DNA from: Octopus vulgaris
Taxonomy: Eukaryota
Assembly (NCBI GenBank): GCA_951406725.2
Contig: OX597823.1
Span: forward strand, 88,288,001 to 88,352,000
Reading direction: 5' to 3'
Length of the DNA stretch: 64,000 nucleotides
Below the pieces are notes generated by a model that saw nothing but the letters and a program-made list of their open reading frames with translations, was not told the origin of the DNA and did no database searches. Every line of letters begins with the position of its first letter. Within the stretch, counting starts at the first letter, position 1. Positions 28,746-43,342 of the stretch are shown piece by piece. Both the position numbers and the translations under genes were made by a program.

Positions 28746-29546
28746 ATACGTGTGTGTGTGTATTCATACATAACACTCACAGAAACATATATTCATAATT
28801 ATATGTACACACAAATTCACACCAAATCTATGTATGCAAAGAAATGAATTTCTGTGCAGTTTATCGTAGGGAATATTAAAACAATAATTGAAGAAAAAAA
28901 GAACAAAGCTATTTTTTTCTCTTACACTAACTAGCTGAGTTAAATTCTCTGAGACAATCCTGTCTGCTTTTGAGGTAAATATCTATATCAGTCTAACAAA
29001 TAAGCATGTGCAACCAATTCCAAGAGAAAGTAAATTGTAAACTCATCATAGTGAAAATAGAAATACACTTAGCCAGTAGGTAAAGAGATTCATGGTGTCT
29101 ATTCTCGGCGATGTTGTTATTTGTCGATCCGAATTTGTTAGTTTCCCATGCATGTATAATAATGGGATGTGTTTCCAAGTAGATGTACGAACAAATTAAA
29201 GCGTATTCAATACTTCTAGTGGAGAAAATAGAACTGAAAGGTCAACTTCAAGAACGTTATCTCCAACTTTTCTCTCTCTGCGTCTATATATCTATCTGTC
29301 AATCTATCAACATTTCTTTCTTTCTTTCTCTATGTGTGTGTGTCTCTCTCTCCTTGTATATATATATATATATAGTGAGAGAGAGAGAGTGATAGATAGA
29401 TAGATGCATAGATAAATATATATATATGCATATATATATATACATATATATATATGCATATATATATATGCATATATATATATGCATATATATATATACA
29501 TATATATATACATATATATATGCATATATATATATGCATATATATA

Positions 29547-29584
<38 letters not shown>

Positions 29585-30034
29585 TATATATATGCATATA
29601 TATATGCATATATATATATATATGTATATATATATATGCATATATATATATGCATATATATATATGCATATATATATATGCATATATATATATATATGTA
29701 TATATATATATGTATATATATATATACATATAGGAATATACATACACATACACATACACACACATATGTATGTATATAAGCATTGAGTAGGAGGTAACGA
29801 TTGCCATTCTGGTGCTACTACTCTTTCGTGGCCAGTATTTATACGCAGATATTTGTTTATTAACACACAAAAGTACGCTCGCTGATATGCCAATGTGTGT
29901 TTACTGACCTAACGCTCACAATAATCTGTTTTGCTAACCTGTATCGTTGTAACCTTTTCCTGTGGTACACAAATGAACTGAAACTGGACCAAGAGCGAGA
30001 AATCAGAGCTACCAGCACCACACTATCAAACACG

Positions 30035-30074
<40 letters not shown>

Positions 30075-30344
30075 TCTGTATTAGTAGCAACATGCCCTAC
30101 GAAATCTCATTCGTTTCAAAGTGCACCGCATGCTTAAGCGTTCAGAATAATCTGAGCGAACAAGATAGAAGGAATCCTCAATACAAGCACTTATTTCTCT
30201 ATGCAAAATTTTTTTGCTTCTTATTTCCCTTGACATCATCAATGCGGAGAATGGTGAAAAAAATCGAAGAGTAAAAGGGGAGTGCATACTCAGCTTCATG
30301 CGCGTGCATCTGATTTCTGGTACATAAAATATAGACATATATAG

Positions 30345-30375
<31 letters not shown>

Positions 30376-30908
30376 AATGTGTGTTTGTTTGTGTATTAAA
30401 GCATATATATATAGAGAGAGAGAGAGGGAGGGAGAAAGAGGAACAAAGAATGGGAGAGAGAGGGACAGAGAGAGGAATAGAGAGAGAGGAATAGAGAAAG
30501 ATTTATGTAGATGTGTATATATATATATATACAGAGAGAGAGTGAGAGAGAGAGAAAAAGAGAGAGAGATCACAGGAGTGAAGATAAGCTTTACGTTTCT
30601 CCAATTATTTTCAATCGTTGATTAAGCGTAAAAAATAACTCATTTTTGTTTTCAATTTGTAATCTGAGTTCAAAATATCGATGCTTGGCGTGGTATTCCG
30701 AAAAAAAAAATCGACTTCTCTTCTCTTCAACAAATTGATCTTTCGAAATATAAAAAACACATGAAATTCCATATATTGGATGTCTATAGAAGTTGTTTTT
30801 GTATTGCATCATGGTGTGTGTATGTATTTACATGGTTAACACAAATGTATATAAATATGAATATGTATGTGTTCATTTCTGTATGTATGTGTTTGTATGT
30901 ATGTATCT

Positions 30909-30975
<67 letters not shown>
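30909..30975. repeat. (GATA)n array at the 3' junction of copy 1
   Basis: Direct reading. Confidence 0.95.
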
Positions 30976-32063
30976 TGTTTCTTTATTAGCCACACAGGGC
31001 TGCACACAGATAGAACAAATTACAAGGTAGAGCTTTTCTTTTGAAGGTTTAAAAAAAAAAAAAAAGGAAGGGGGAGTTTCGATCAAAAGGGATCGTAAAA
31101 GGAGAGAAAGAGGACAAAAAAAAGGGGGGTTAAAAAAAGGGGGAGAGGAAAAAAAAATTGATCAATAGGGATCGTTATCACAGAAATGTCAATATGAAGT
31201 GTAAAGGGGAGGACAGGTGAGGTTTACCCGTGGAAAGAAAAGCCTACGGAAAAGACCACGGTAACCTCGGTCAATGAAGTCACATTTTATATTTCTTTTT
31301 TTTTTTTTTTTGCAAATAAGCAACTCTCTGTTTTCGATTTCTGGGTTCATAGGACTATGCTCAAGGTGGCTTCGTCATTCATACGTGCCATTCTTGCTAC
31401 ATTCACCCATCTTTTTTTAAAACATTCGCTAGACAAAACTTGCCTCTCTACTCTCACTTTCCTTTTCAAGTGGTACTTGAAGAAGTTGATGAGTGATTGA
31501 CCAGAGAGGAAAGTGTTTGTCTCCAATCCTTTCAGACGCGTCCACCAGATACATTCTTTCGCCATAGCCACCAGGATGATGAAAATAGCTCTTCCTTCCC
31601 GTTTGAAGGAAGGAGGCGTGACAATATTGACGATAGACTCAGCTGATAAACCGACTCGTCCCACACGTGACAGCAGTTGTTCGACATAAGCCCACAGGTC
31701 GGAAATTGTTGGACACTGAACGAGTGCGTGCAGAACGGTTTCGTCGCTCTGACCGCATCTCGGGCAGGTCGGCCCCGTGTTTCTCGAGCCGTGTCTGTAG
31801 AGCTTATCCCGAACGGGTAGCGCTTCTCGGTAGCACTGCCAGGCCAGGGATCTCTGGAAGTTGTCCATGGGCCCTGGCCCGAAAGTCGTCCTGAACAGGC
31901 GGGTCAGGTACTCCTCGTCGACGTCCAGGTTCGCCCCGAGCTCGTCGTCGTACCTCCCCTCCACTAAACCCCTATAGAATGCTTTGGTTGTGTTGAAGTC
32001 ACTTAAGGTCGACCCAGGACGGCAGAGTTGCTTGAGAGCAACGCGACACTCGCGGTGCCATTC

Positions 32064-32064
<1 letters not shown>
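30976..32064 (-). mobile_element. Tx1-like element, copy 1 (subfamily A), 5'-truncated, ~1.09 kb
   Basis: Encodes EWHRECRVALKQLCRPG...CPRCGQSDETVLHALVQC...LSIVL* (stop at 31347), homologous to the ORF2 C-terminus. (GATA)n on both sides. Confidence 0.93.
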
Positions 32065-32102
<38 letters not shown>

Positions 32103-32123
32103 CGATAGATAGATCGATAGATC

Positions 32124-32191
<68 letters not shown>
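32064..32191. repeat. (GATA)n array with a few GATC variants, between copies 1 and 2
   Basis: Direct reading. Confidence 0.95.
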
Positions 32192-32192
<1 letters not shown>

Positions 32193-32492
32193 CTTTCTTT
32201 TATTAGCCACACAGGGCTGAATACAGAGGGGACAAATACAAATGCAGAGCTTTTCTTTTCGAGGGTGGAAAAAAATAAAAATGTAAGATTGCGATCAAAA
32301 GGGATCGAGAGGAGGAAAAAAAGGAAAAAAAAGAAAATCGTGTATCACAGAAATAATGGTGTAAACATTGATATAACAAGATTGGGTTCATCCGTGGGAA
32401 GAAAAGCCTACAGAAAAGACCACGGGAACCCCAGTCAGGGAGGAAATAAACACATGAGGTCAAAAATGCTCTCTTTCTTTCTTTTTTACGAT

Positions 32493-35400
32493 CTACAGGA
32501 TCATGCTCAAAATGGTTTCGTTACTAGCACGCACCATCTTTGCAACATTCACCCATCTTTTTTTGAATCTTTCGCGAGACAAAACTTCCCTCTCCATTCT
32601 CACCTTCCTTTTCAAGTGGTACTTGAAAAAGTTGATGAGCGATTGGCCAGAGAGGTAAGTGTTTGTCTCTAATCCTTTCGCTCGAGTCCACCACACACAT
32701 TCTTTCACCATGGCCACCAGTACGATGAAAACTGCCTTGCCTTCCCGGTTGAGGGAAGGGGGCGGAGCAATTCTCACGATAGACTCGGCCGATAGGCGGA
32801 TTCGTCCCACACGTGACAGCAGCCGTTCGGCATAAGCCCACAGGTCGGAAATGGTTGGACATTGCACGAGTGCGTGCAGAACGGTTTCGTCGCTCTGACC
32901 GCATCTCGGGTAAGTCGGTCCAGTGTGTCTGGAACCGTGTCTGTAGAGCTTATCCCGAACAGGTAATGCTTCTCGATAGCACTGCCAGGCCAGGGATCTT
33001 TGATGATTGTTCATAGGTCCCGGCCCGAAAGTTGTCCTGAACAGGCGGGTCAGGTGTTCCTCGTCGACGCCCAGACTCTGCCCGAGTTCGTCGTCGCGCC
33101 TCCCCTCCACTAATCCTCTATAGAATGCCTTTGTTGTGATGGAGTCGCACAAGTTCGATCCCGGACGGCAGAGTTGCTTGAGAGCAACGCGACACTCGCG
33201 GTGCCATTCGCCTAGCCTCGGTCTCTGCTTGATCCATGACTGTAGTTCGTCCAAGGAGACGAGCTGCGGGAAAGCGCGCCGCACAAAAGGCGACCACCCC
33301 TGTTCACCGTTGTCTATGAAGCGCCGGAGATGTCGCAGTCTCAGCGCATGTCTGCGCATCATCAACCACGGCATGCCCAGCCCTCCATTTAGCGGGTGTT
33401 GGCAGCAAATGGATCGCCTAACCATCGGAACGTTTCCCTTCCACAAGAAGCGGAAGAGTATGCGTTCCAGTTTGGTGATGGTAGGGTCGGGACAAGGCAC
33501 GACGGTCAGACGATACTCGATGACGGATGCGATGTACGCGTTCGCCACCTCCGCCCGACCTTTTAGGGATAGCTTTCTCTCAGTCCATTTCTGGGTGAGA
33601 GTAGCCACCCTAGTCGTTATCTCGCCCCAGTTCTTCTCCATTTGGAGGTCCGGACCGAACCAGACCCCGAGCAATTTAACCGGTCCGTCCGTCCAGCGTC
33701 CCACGATGGAGACGCTGTTGGACGGCATGGGCTTGCTTCTCCAGGTGCCGAGCCGCAAGCCCACTGACTTTTCCCGGTTAATTTTTGCTCCCGTTACCGC
33801 TTCGTATTCTTTCAGTGTCTCGCCGACCAGCTCGATGTGCTCGTAGCTCGACACTATGACGGTGACGTCATCCGCGTATGCAGACACGCTCCTCCCGCAT
33901 CCCAGCTCTCGTGGGATGCCCCTCAGCGTCGCCAGTTTCCGCAGTAGTGGCTCAAGAGTCAGTACATACAGCAGCGATGAGAGGGGGCATCCCTGACGAA
34001 CCGAACGCATGATGTTAAAAGGTCTGGATAGATGACCATTTACGCGAACTACTGAGCGGATGCCGCTGTATAAGGCAGCGATCCAACCGCGGAAAACTGG
34101 ACCGAAACCAGCCGCTTTGAGGACAGCCTCCAAGTAGTGATGGTCTACCCTATCGAAGGCTTTTGATTGATCCAAATTGATCAGCGCCCCACCCATGCCA
34201 GGATTTTTAACTACCCTGTCTATGATGTAGCGCATCAGGTGGAGGTTGTCATGAATACTTCTACCCGGCACGGCGCATGTTTGCGCCTTGTCGATTAGTT
34301 TCTTGATGACAAGCGCCAACCTCTCGGCTAACACCTTGGCCAAAATTTTCAAATCTGCGTTGAGCAGAGTGATGGGCCTGAAATTATCTATGACGTCCCC
34401 CTTGTTTGGGTCTTTCTTGATCAGTGCCACTGCTCCTCGCTTTACAAAAGCAGGAATACTCCCGTTCTGCTGCCAGTTGCAGTAGACAGCTGCCAAGACG
34501 CCTCCAAACAAGTCTGGCATATGAAAATAAAATTCGTAGGGCAGACCATCCAAGCCTGGTGACTTGTCTCTCGCGCAGCCTACCATCGCATCCTGTACGT
34601 CCGCAGCTGTGATAGGCTTTTCACAAGACTCCACCTCCCTTGCTGAGAGTCGTGGCAAGGCATGCAGGTAGGCACTAAAGTCCACTCTGCTTTCTGACTC
34701 ACCACTTGTCCCAAACAGTTGGGTGAAGTGTTGTTGAAAAACCCCACACATCCTTTTAGGCTCGAGCAATTCGCGCCCCTGTTCATCTATAAGAGACTTG
34801 ATGGTGGCTCTGTTGCCTCGTTGCGTCTCCACCACTCGGGCCTCTTGGGCGGCTCCAACTCCTTCGTTCCTCAGAGCACGCATCCTAGCTCTGACAACGC
34901 ATCCCTCGTGTTTGGCGTTGAGGTGTTGGTCGAGGGCCAATCTCGCCGCCAGTACGTTGGACGCGATGCCAGTTCTAAGTGCCTCTTCTAAAACCTTAAC
35001 TAAATCTCCCTCTATTCTATTTCGGTCTAATGCTAGGGCTCTACTGTATCTGACTGATTCTGCTTTAATCGCTTTTTTTAGGGCATACCACCATCTGTTG
35101 TTGATGATGGTACCCGTCAAAGCTCTCTTAACTAATGTGCTGATCCGGTCCCTGTAAACCTGTCGTGCTGTAAAAGACGCGTTCAGTTTCCAGTAACCAG
35201 GACCCTGCCTATGTGTCTTATCTAAGTCAAGTGTACAAGTCACAAACTTGTGATCTGTGTAACTGACTATATGAAATTGTGGACAACCTACACTATTTTT
35301 ATCTATTGTCCTACAGAATACTCTATCTAAGTATGATCTGGACGACCCGATGCGGTTACTCCATGTCCACATTGGCACATTCGGGTGGTCCAGTCGGTAC

Positions 35401-35930
35401 CTGTCAGACAGTTGGAAACGTCTGAGCAGGTCTTTGAGGCATTTGCATCCCCTTCTATTGCTATCTCTGCCCACGTAGTCTAGATGCGTGTCCAGGGTGG
35501 CATTCCAATCCCCCACTAAAAGTAAAGGACGAGACGTTCCCATGAAAGACTCTAGACGTCGAAAGAAATCTGGTCGGCCTGTTAAGGACGGAGCATAAAC
35601 TGCTATCAGTCGAAAAGCACACTCATTGCTGCCATCGACATCTAAAACGACCAGCCTACCCTCCGGGTCTAGGAAATTTGCTCTTACTTTGAGATCCAGA
35701 CTCTTCCGGATAAGCACCGCGGTGCCACCTCCGCCCATTCTCGGTAGACACGGAGAAAAATAAATGTTGAAATGTGTACCGAAAATGTGCTGGAGTGCCC
35801 GCAAGCTGTGGAGTCTGGTCTCACTGATGGCTATGATATTCAGATTTAGTGACTTGATGTCATTTAACAGGTAGCCTTGTTTCCAAGGCGACCCCAAGCC
35901 ACGTACATTTATACTACCTATTCTGAGCAT
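32493..35930 (-). CDS. ORF2 of Tx1/L1-clade non-LTR retrotransposon: APE endonuclease, reverse transcriptase and C-terminal zinc-binding region (1145 aa from ATG at 35930)
   Basis: APE motifs GSINVRG, SETR, VYAP, GDWNA, YLDRV, TDH. RT motifs KSPGLDG, FRPITLLNADLKILAK, LDQSKAFDRV, VRQGCPLS, AYADDV, LLGV. Also GPGYWKLN, GGLG and C-terminal (Y/C)PRC..ETVLHALVQC. No stops or frameshifts. Confidence 0.96.
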   Translation of the reverse strand: MLRIGSINVRGLGSPWKQGYLLNDIKSLNLNIIAISETRLHSLRALQHIFGTHFNIYFSPCLPRMGGGGTAVLIRKSLDLKVRANFLDPEGRLVVLDVDGSNECAFRLIAVYAPSLTGRPDFFRRLESFMGTSRPLLLVGDWNATLDTHLDYVGRDSNRRGCKCLKDLLRRFQLSDRYRLDHPNVPMWTWSNRIGSSRSYLDRVFCRTIDKNSVGCPQFHIVSYTDHKFVTCTLDLDKTHRQGPGYWKLNASFTARQVYRDRISTLVKRALTGTIINNRWWYALKKAIKAESVRYSRALALDRNRIEGDLVKVLEEALRTGIASNVLAARLALDQHLNAKHEGCVVRARMRALRNEGVGAAQEARVVETQRGNRATIKSLIDEQGRELLEPKRMCGVFQQHFTQLFGTSGESESRVDFSAYLHALPRLSAREVESCEKPITAADVQDAMVGCARDKSPGLDGLPYEFYFHMPDLFGGVLAAVYCNWQQNGSIPAFVKRGAVALIKKDPNKGDVIDNFRPITLLNADLKILAKVLAERLALVIKKLIDKAQTCAVPGRSIHDNLHLMRYIIDRVVKNPGMGGALINLDQSKAFDRVDHHYLEAVLKAAGFGPVFRGWIAALYSGIRSVVRVNGHLSRPFNIMRSVRQGCPLSSLLYVLTLEPLLRKLATLRGIPRELGCGRSVSAYADDVTVIVSSYEHIELVGETLKEYEAVTGAKINREKSVGLRLGTWRSKPMPSNSVSIVGRWTDGPVKLLGVWFGPDLQMEKNWGEITTRVATLTQKWTERKLSLKGRAEVANAYIASVIEYRLTVVPCPDPTITKLERILFRFLWKGNVPMVRRSICCQHPLNGGLGMPWLMMRRHALRLRHLRRFIDNGEQGWSPFVRRAFPQLVSLDELQSWIKQRPRLGEWHRECRVALKQLCRPGSNLCDSITTKAFYRGLVEGRRDDELGQSLGVDEEHLTRLFRTTFGPGPMNNHQRSLAWQCYREALPVRDKLYRHGSRHTGPTYPRCGQSDETVLHALVQCPTISDLWAYAERLLSRVGRIRLSAESIVRIAPPPSLNREGKAVFIVLVAMVKECVWWTRAKGLETNTYLSGQSLINFFKYHLKRKVRMEREVLSRERFKKRWVNVAKMVRASNETILSMIL

Positions 35931-35972
35931 GTTCCGATAAAAGTGCAAAAAAGGAAAAGGAGAGAGAAAAGG

Positions 35973-36431
35973 TTACTTGTTTTTCGAAAGTTCTTTGTCT
36001 TTCACCTCACGGTCTTCTTCTATGAGGCTTTTATACAGTTTTTTCGATGAGTACTTTTGAAATCTCCCTACTGCATCAGGGTAAAGAGATTTCAGGGTGC
36101 TGTATGTGTTCTGTGTCACGTGTATTATTTTAATGTGTTGTGGTGGTGTTGTGTGTGGGTGGTTACTTGTTTTTATGTCGTTTTCAGTAATGTTAGTGTT
36201 TGACCTAATGTGTTCCATTAGGTCGTGGTTGTTTGTGTTAATGGCTGTCAACATTTTTGGGGGGTTTGATGATGGTGTGTTTGTGCTGATGTGTGTGTTT
36301 TCTGTGGATGTTTTTGTTTCGGGAGTGGTGTATCTTCCCGCTTTGTTTGTTATTTTTTCTTTTCTTTTTTTCCCCTTTTTCTTCTCCCCCCTGTGGCTAT
36401 TTGCCAATCTTCCGTGTCTTCTTCGTCTAAT
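35973..36431 (-). pseudogene. C-terminal remnant of ORF1, probably frameshifted in an A-run
   Basis: Basic, low-complexity frame ending ~42 nt upstream of the ORF2 ATG. An alternative frame gives DEEDTEDWQIATGGRRKRGKK. Truncated by the GACA array. Confidence 0.65.
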
Positions 36432-38675
<2,244 letters not shown>

Positions 38676-38676
<1 letters not shown>

Positions 38677-39257
38677 GCTACGATAGTGCTGAGATAGCTA
38701 ACCTAGTACCCCTCTACATCCAAGATATTCTTAGAAAAAAATAAGTTTATATAGGGACGATGGCCTGGGAGCGGTACACAATAGAACCAGACACGATGTC
38801 GATAGATTAAGGAAGAAATTATGCAAAATATCTAGTGTATGAAACTCAATTTGTATCAACCTTAAAGAAATCAATTCCCTAGTTATTGACATGAATCTTC
38901 GCACAGGCAAATTGAAACCCTACCATAAGGAAATCTCGTACATAGAAATCGACTCCAACCACCGAACAGCAGCCATTAAACAACCAGTTAACAACATTAG
39001 TAGGCGTGTCACCAAATTGTCCGCCGATAAAGACACTTTTGAAACGCTTCCCCATACTATAATGCTACATTGGAAGGGTGCAGCTTAAAGAAAAGCATCA
39101 ACTACTTGAACCAAATACAAATAGACCATGTAGAGCCAGACAGAAGAAAATCTTATGATTTAACCCACTTTATAGCATTAATGTAGCCTCTATCACAGCT
39201 AGGAAATTCTTAAAATTAATAGACAATCACTTTCCACATTTACAGAAATACTACAAG
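38676..39257 (+). pseudogene. Degraded Penelope-like element RT fragment (Naiad/Chlamys-like motifs)
   Basis: Manual translation across stops and frameshifts: [24 protein letters not shown] (YRDD at 38750-38761), NLRTGKLKPY, SNH..AIKQ, KKIL*FNPLYS, RKFLKLIDNHFP. These follow the PLE RT/thumb motif order. Confidence 0.8.
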
Positions 39258-41526
39258 GTGTGCGTGTGTATTTGTGAGTGTGTATGTGTATTTGTGTTAG
39301 TATGTGTGTGTATGTGTGTGTGTATGTGCACCTGTGTGCGTGTGGTAAAGAAAACCACTACTGGGCCTAAGTCAGCTACTTCAAGAGTAGATCCCTCAAC
39401 AACAAAGCTGGAGAAAGTTTGTTTCCCTACGTTGGAAAAGATATGGAAGACTGTTGTGGAAGCTATGGAAGGTTGTGTTGATTTAATACTGAGTGATGTA
39501 TTCGGAAATGCTGTAATTGTGCTACGATGGAACGTTGGTGTATAGTGGAATGCAGTTAATATTTCGGTTCACAGTTTTGTGGTATAAAATATAATTCCTC
39601 TTTAGACTGAAGAGAAAATATATAATATTATGTTTTTTTTTCTCTCTCTGTGAGCAAATGCAATTTGTTTGCAAAATAGTTAGGCTAATAATGGTCAACT
39701 CCTGTATTAATCAGCCAGACGCATTCACGACGTTCTTTTAATTACTCCAGTGAACTCGACTCCCGTGAGTTCATCTAATTTATTGGAATTGTTTATTCAT
39801 TATTTTAGCAAGCAATCATGCATAATGAAAAGAAAAGAAAATATCGGCAATAATGGAATACAGTCAGGGAAGGAGGAAGTTATTTTTAAAATTATAGAGA
39901 CGAAAAGAAATTGAACAGGAATGAAGATGATATAGGACTTGAAATATGGAAGAGAAAAAGCAAGCAAGAAAGAAGTACGCTATAAAGAAAAAGAAACGGG
40001 TAAAAATAAAAGCTATTGAAAGACCAGAAAACATAAAGTATTGATATTTATAAGATATACATACATATAAATCTCTCTCCCTTCAAAACATGCATACACA
40101 AAAACATACGTACATACATGGATATATTTACAAGTTTGCGCCGTTAATAGGTCGGTAAATTTATATATCTACCTTCTTCCATTCATAAGGTTATCGGTAT
40201 TAAATATATGAGCATTTATTATTGTTATAATGGTTTGTAATATGCTTGAAGCATTGCAATGTGTGTGTAAATTATACAAATGTTTGAAGAAAAAGTCTGT
40301 GAGTAATGCAGGTAAGAATTTATGGAAAATATGTAATGTCATATCAGTAAAAGAAAACAAAATAGCGAAATATTGTATTATCTTACATATTTTACATAGG
40401 TTGTTCGACGATGCTTATAATACTTCGGGAATTATTCCCCTTTTCAAATAGGAAAATAATATAATCAGTTTTCGGAGAAATATATTTTCCGAGAGTTCAA
40501 ATAGCTATACAGATAAGTTTAATTATTTCTCTTGTGATGTATATTATCTGGCAGTTCGAGCACCCGTGTCTGGTGGTTCTTGTCTTATAGGAATATATGT
40601 CTTTGCACTTAGATCTGTGCATCGATATGAGAGGACATCTCAAGGGAACTACTATGGTATTCAGTGTTCTAGTAATGTACTCATTTTGGGTGGGATATAC
40701 GTAAGTATTGTCCTTTGAATCATTCGTGCGTTTCGTTTATATGCAGGTTTATACGCTTTTCATGCGAGTGTGAAGTATTCTTAATTAGTAATCAAATATC
40801 TTAGTCCTCATTAATTTTAAATTTTGATTTGATCCATAACATCCAAAGAATAACTTAAGGCACTGGACTTGAATATCTATAGAAACACGCTCCTACACTA
40901 TCATAGATCCATAAGCAGGGATTCCGTTCGCGAAAAAACACACCTACAAGAAATAAACAGACGCATATATAAACATATAAGTGTTTAGCCACTCACGACC
41001 TCCCACTTAATGAACTCCATACACATGTGCGAATAGGCGCGCACGCTCTCAAACAGGTACACGTACACACACACACACGTTTTATTACGTACTTACAGAC
41101 TCTACAGTAATCCACACTGTTGTTCGTCTGCATAAATGCAAACAAACACTAGCCAGAACACACCCGTGCATGCATGGTATGTCATATTTAATCATCCTTT
41201 CTCTCTCTCTCCCACTCTCTCAAACATGGAGATTCATATCCGGGGCTTACATGGGGAAAAAATCTAGAATGTGTAAACTGAAACGGAAGCAAATATAAAA
41301 CTGACCAAGAGAAGAGAAGACTGCTCGTTGATGAAGTGTCGATGGTGAGAGAGCACTTTAACAAAACTAATTGATTGGTTCAACAAATTGACTAATATTT
41401 ATAATAAATGATCTGGAACTAAACCAGTGAGCGTATTTACATTGGCATAATGACCCACCTGTCATACAACAGAATCTGTTTCAACATCCCAATTCATATC
41501 AACACTCTTGCAAAGCTAATACAAAA

Positions 41527-41562
<36 letters not shown>

Positions 41563-41649
41563 CATTCATGCATATACATGATTCTGTTTGTGTGCGTGCG
41601 TGTTATTGTGTATTGATATACACCTATACATACGCACACATATATAAAT

Positions 41650-41694
<45 letters not shown>

Positions 41695-42434
41695 TTGTGT
41701 GTGAGTGTATAGTTATAAATATATTACGCATTGTGTGGCAAATAGTTTAATATAATTATATACGACGCGACTACAATAATATGAAATTATGGTTTGTTTC
41801 AAAGTACATATACAATGTTATGCTCTTTGTTTGATGTTTAAATTTTGTATATTAATATATATATTAAATTAATATCAATATCAATGATCGTAAATTTTTA
41901 GTATTTCAATTTAACAATTTATAATCATTTATTCATACTGATGGTTTTATATTCGTTTTCACAAATTACATCAGATTTAGCAAATTTTAAATACACTCAA
42001 CCGGTTTTCTTAACGACATTTCATATACTCTCTCTCTCCCGCTCTCTCTATCTCTCTCTCTCGCTTTTTCTCTTTCTAACTCACCACCATCTTTCTCTGT
42101 CTCTCTTTTTCTCCCCATCTCTATCCCCACTCTCTCTTTGCATTTATCTATACTCAATACTAATTACGTTTTCTACGTTTATGTTCATTATATTACTAGA
42201 GTCATGTGACGAATAATTTTGGAAGCAAATTGTGTCTCTATGTTTTGATATTAGGAAATATTGTGTAGATACAATAGTTATAAATTAACCGTAATCAAAT
42301 TTCTTGCTATTTAACCAAAATGATGAAACGTATATACATTTTTTAAAGGAAAATAATTTTTGCCTCAAAATATTAAATATAACAAATTTCATACTAGCAT
42401 AAATTCGCATATAGCTATTCTAATCTGTCTTTGT

Positions 42435-42500
<66 letters not shown>

Positions 42501-42572
42501 GTATCTATCTATTTATCGTATTGTTTATGTGTGCACCAATCATTTACTCAGTGCGTGCCAGTAAGCCTGATA

Positions 42573-42959
42573 TACTCTTTTACTTGTTTCAGTCATTTGA
42601 CTACGGCCATGCTAGAGCACAGCCTTTAATCGAGAAAATCGACCCCAATACTTATTTTTTGTAAGTCTAATACTTATTCTACCAGCCTCATTAACCGAAC
42701 CGCTAAGTTACGGGGACGTAAACACATCAGCGTCGGTTGTCAAGCGATGTTGTGGGGGAAAAAACACACACACATACATATATACATATACATATATACG
42801 ATGGGTTTCTTTCAGTTTCCGTCTACCAAATCCACTCACATGGCTTTGGTCGGCCCGAGGCTATATAGAAAACATTTGTCCCACGTGCCACACTGTTGGA
42901 CTGAACCCGGAACCATGTGGTTGGTAAACAAGCTTCTTATCACACAACCACTTCTGCGC
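42573..42959 (-). mobile_element. SINE family A, first of a tandem pair
   Basis: Alignment to other copies. Confidence 0.85.
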
Positions 42960-42962
42960 ATA

Positions 42963-43342
42963 TACTCTTTTACTTGTTTCGGTCATTTGACTGCGGTCAT
43001 GCTGGAGCACCGCCTTTAGTCGACTTATTCTCTGTAAGCCTAGTACTTATTCTATCGTTCTATTTTGCCGAACCGCTAAGTTACGGGGACATGAACACAC
43101 CAGCATCGGTTGCCAAGCGATGTTGAGAGGACAAATACAAACACACACACACATATATATATATATACATACATATATACACGACAGGCTTCTTTCAGTT
43201 TCCGTCTACCAAATCCATTCACAAGGCTTCGGTCGGCCCGAGGCTGTAGTAGAAGACACTCGCCCAAAGTGCCACGCAGTGGGACTGAACCTGGGACCAT
43301 GTGGTTGGAAGCAAGCTACTTACCACACAACAACTCCTGCGC
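42963..43342 (-). mobile_element. SINE family A, second of a tandem pair
   Basis: Alignment to other copies. Confidence 0.85.

Larger units (their letters stand above)
32192..36431 (-). mobile_element. Tx1-like element, copy 2 (subfamily B): 5'-truncated within ORF1, complete ORF2, ~300-bp 3' UTR
   Basis: Bounded by (GATA)n at ~32191 and (GACA)n from 36432. The sense 3' end reads AATAAAAGAAAGT then (TATC)n. Confidence 0.92.
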
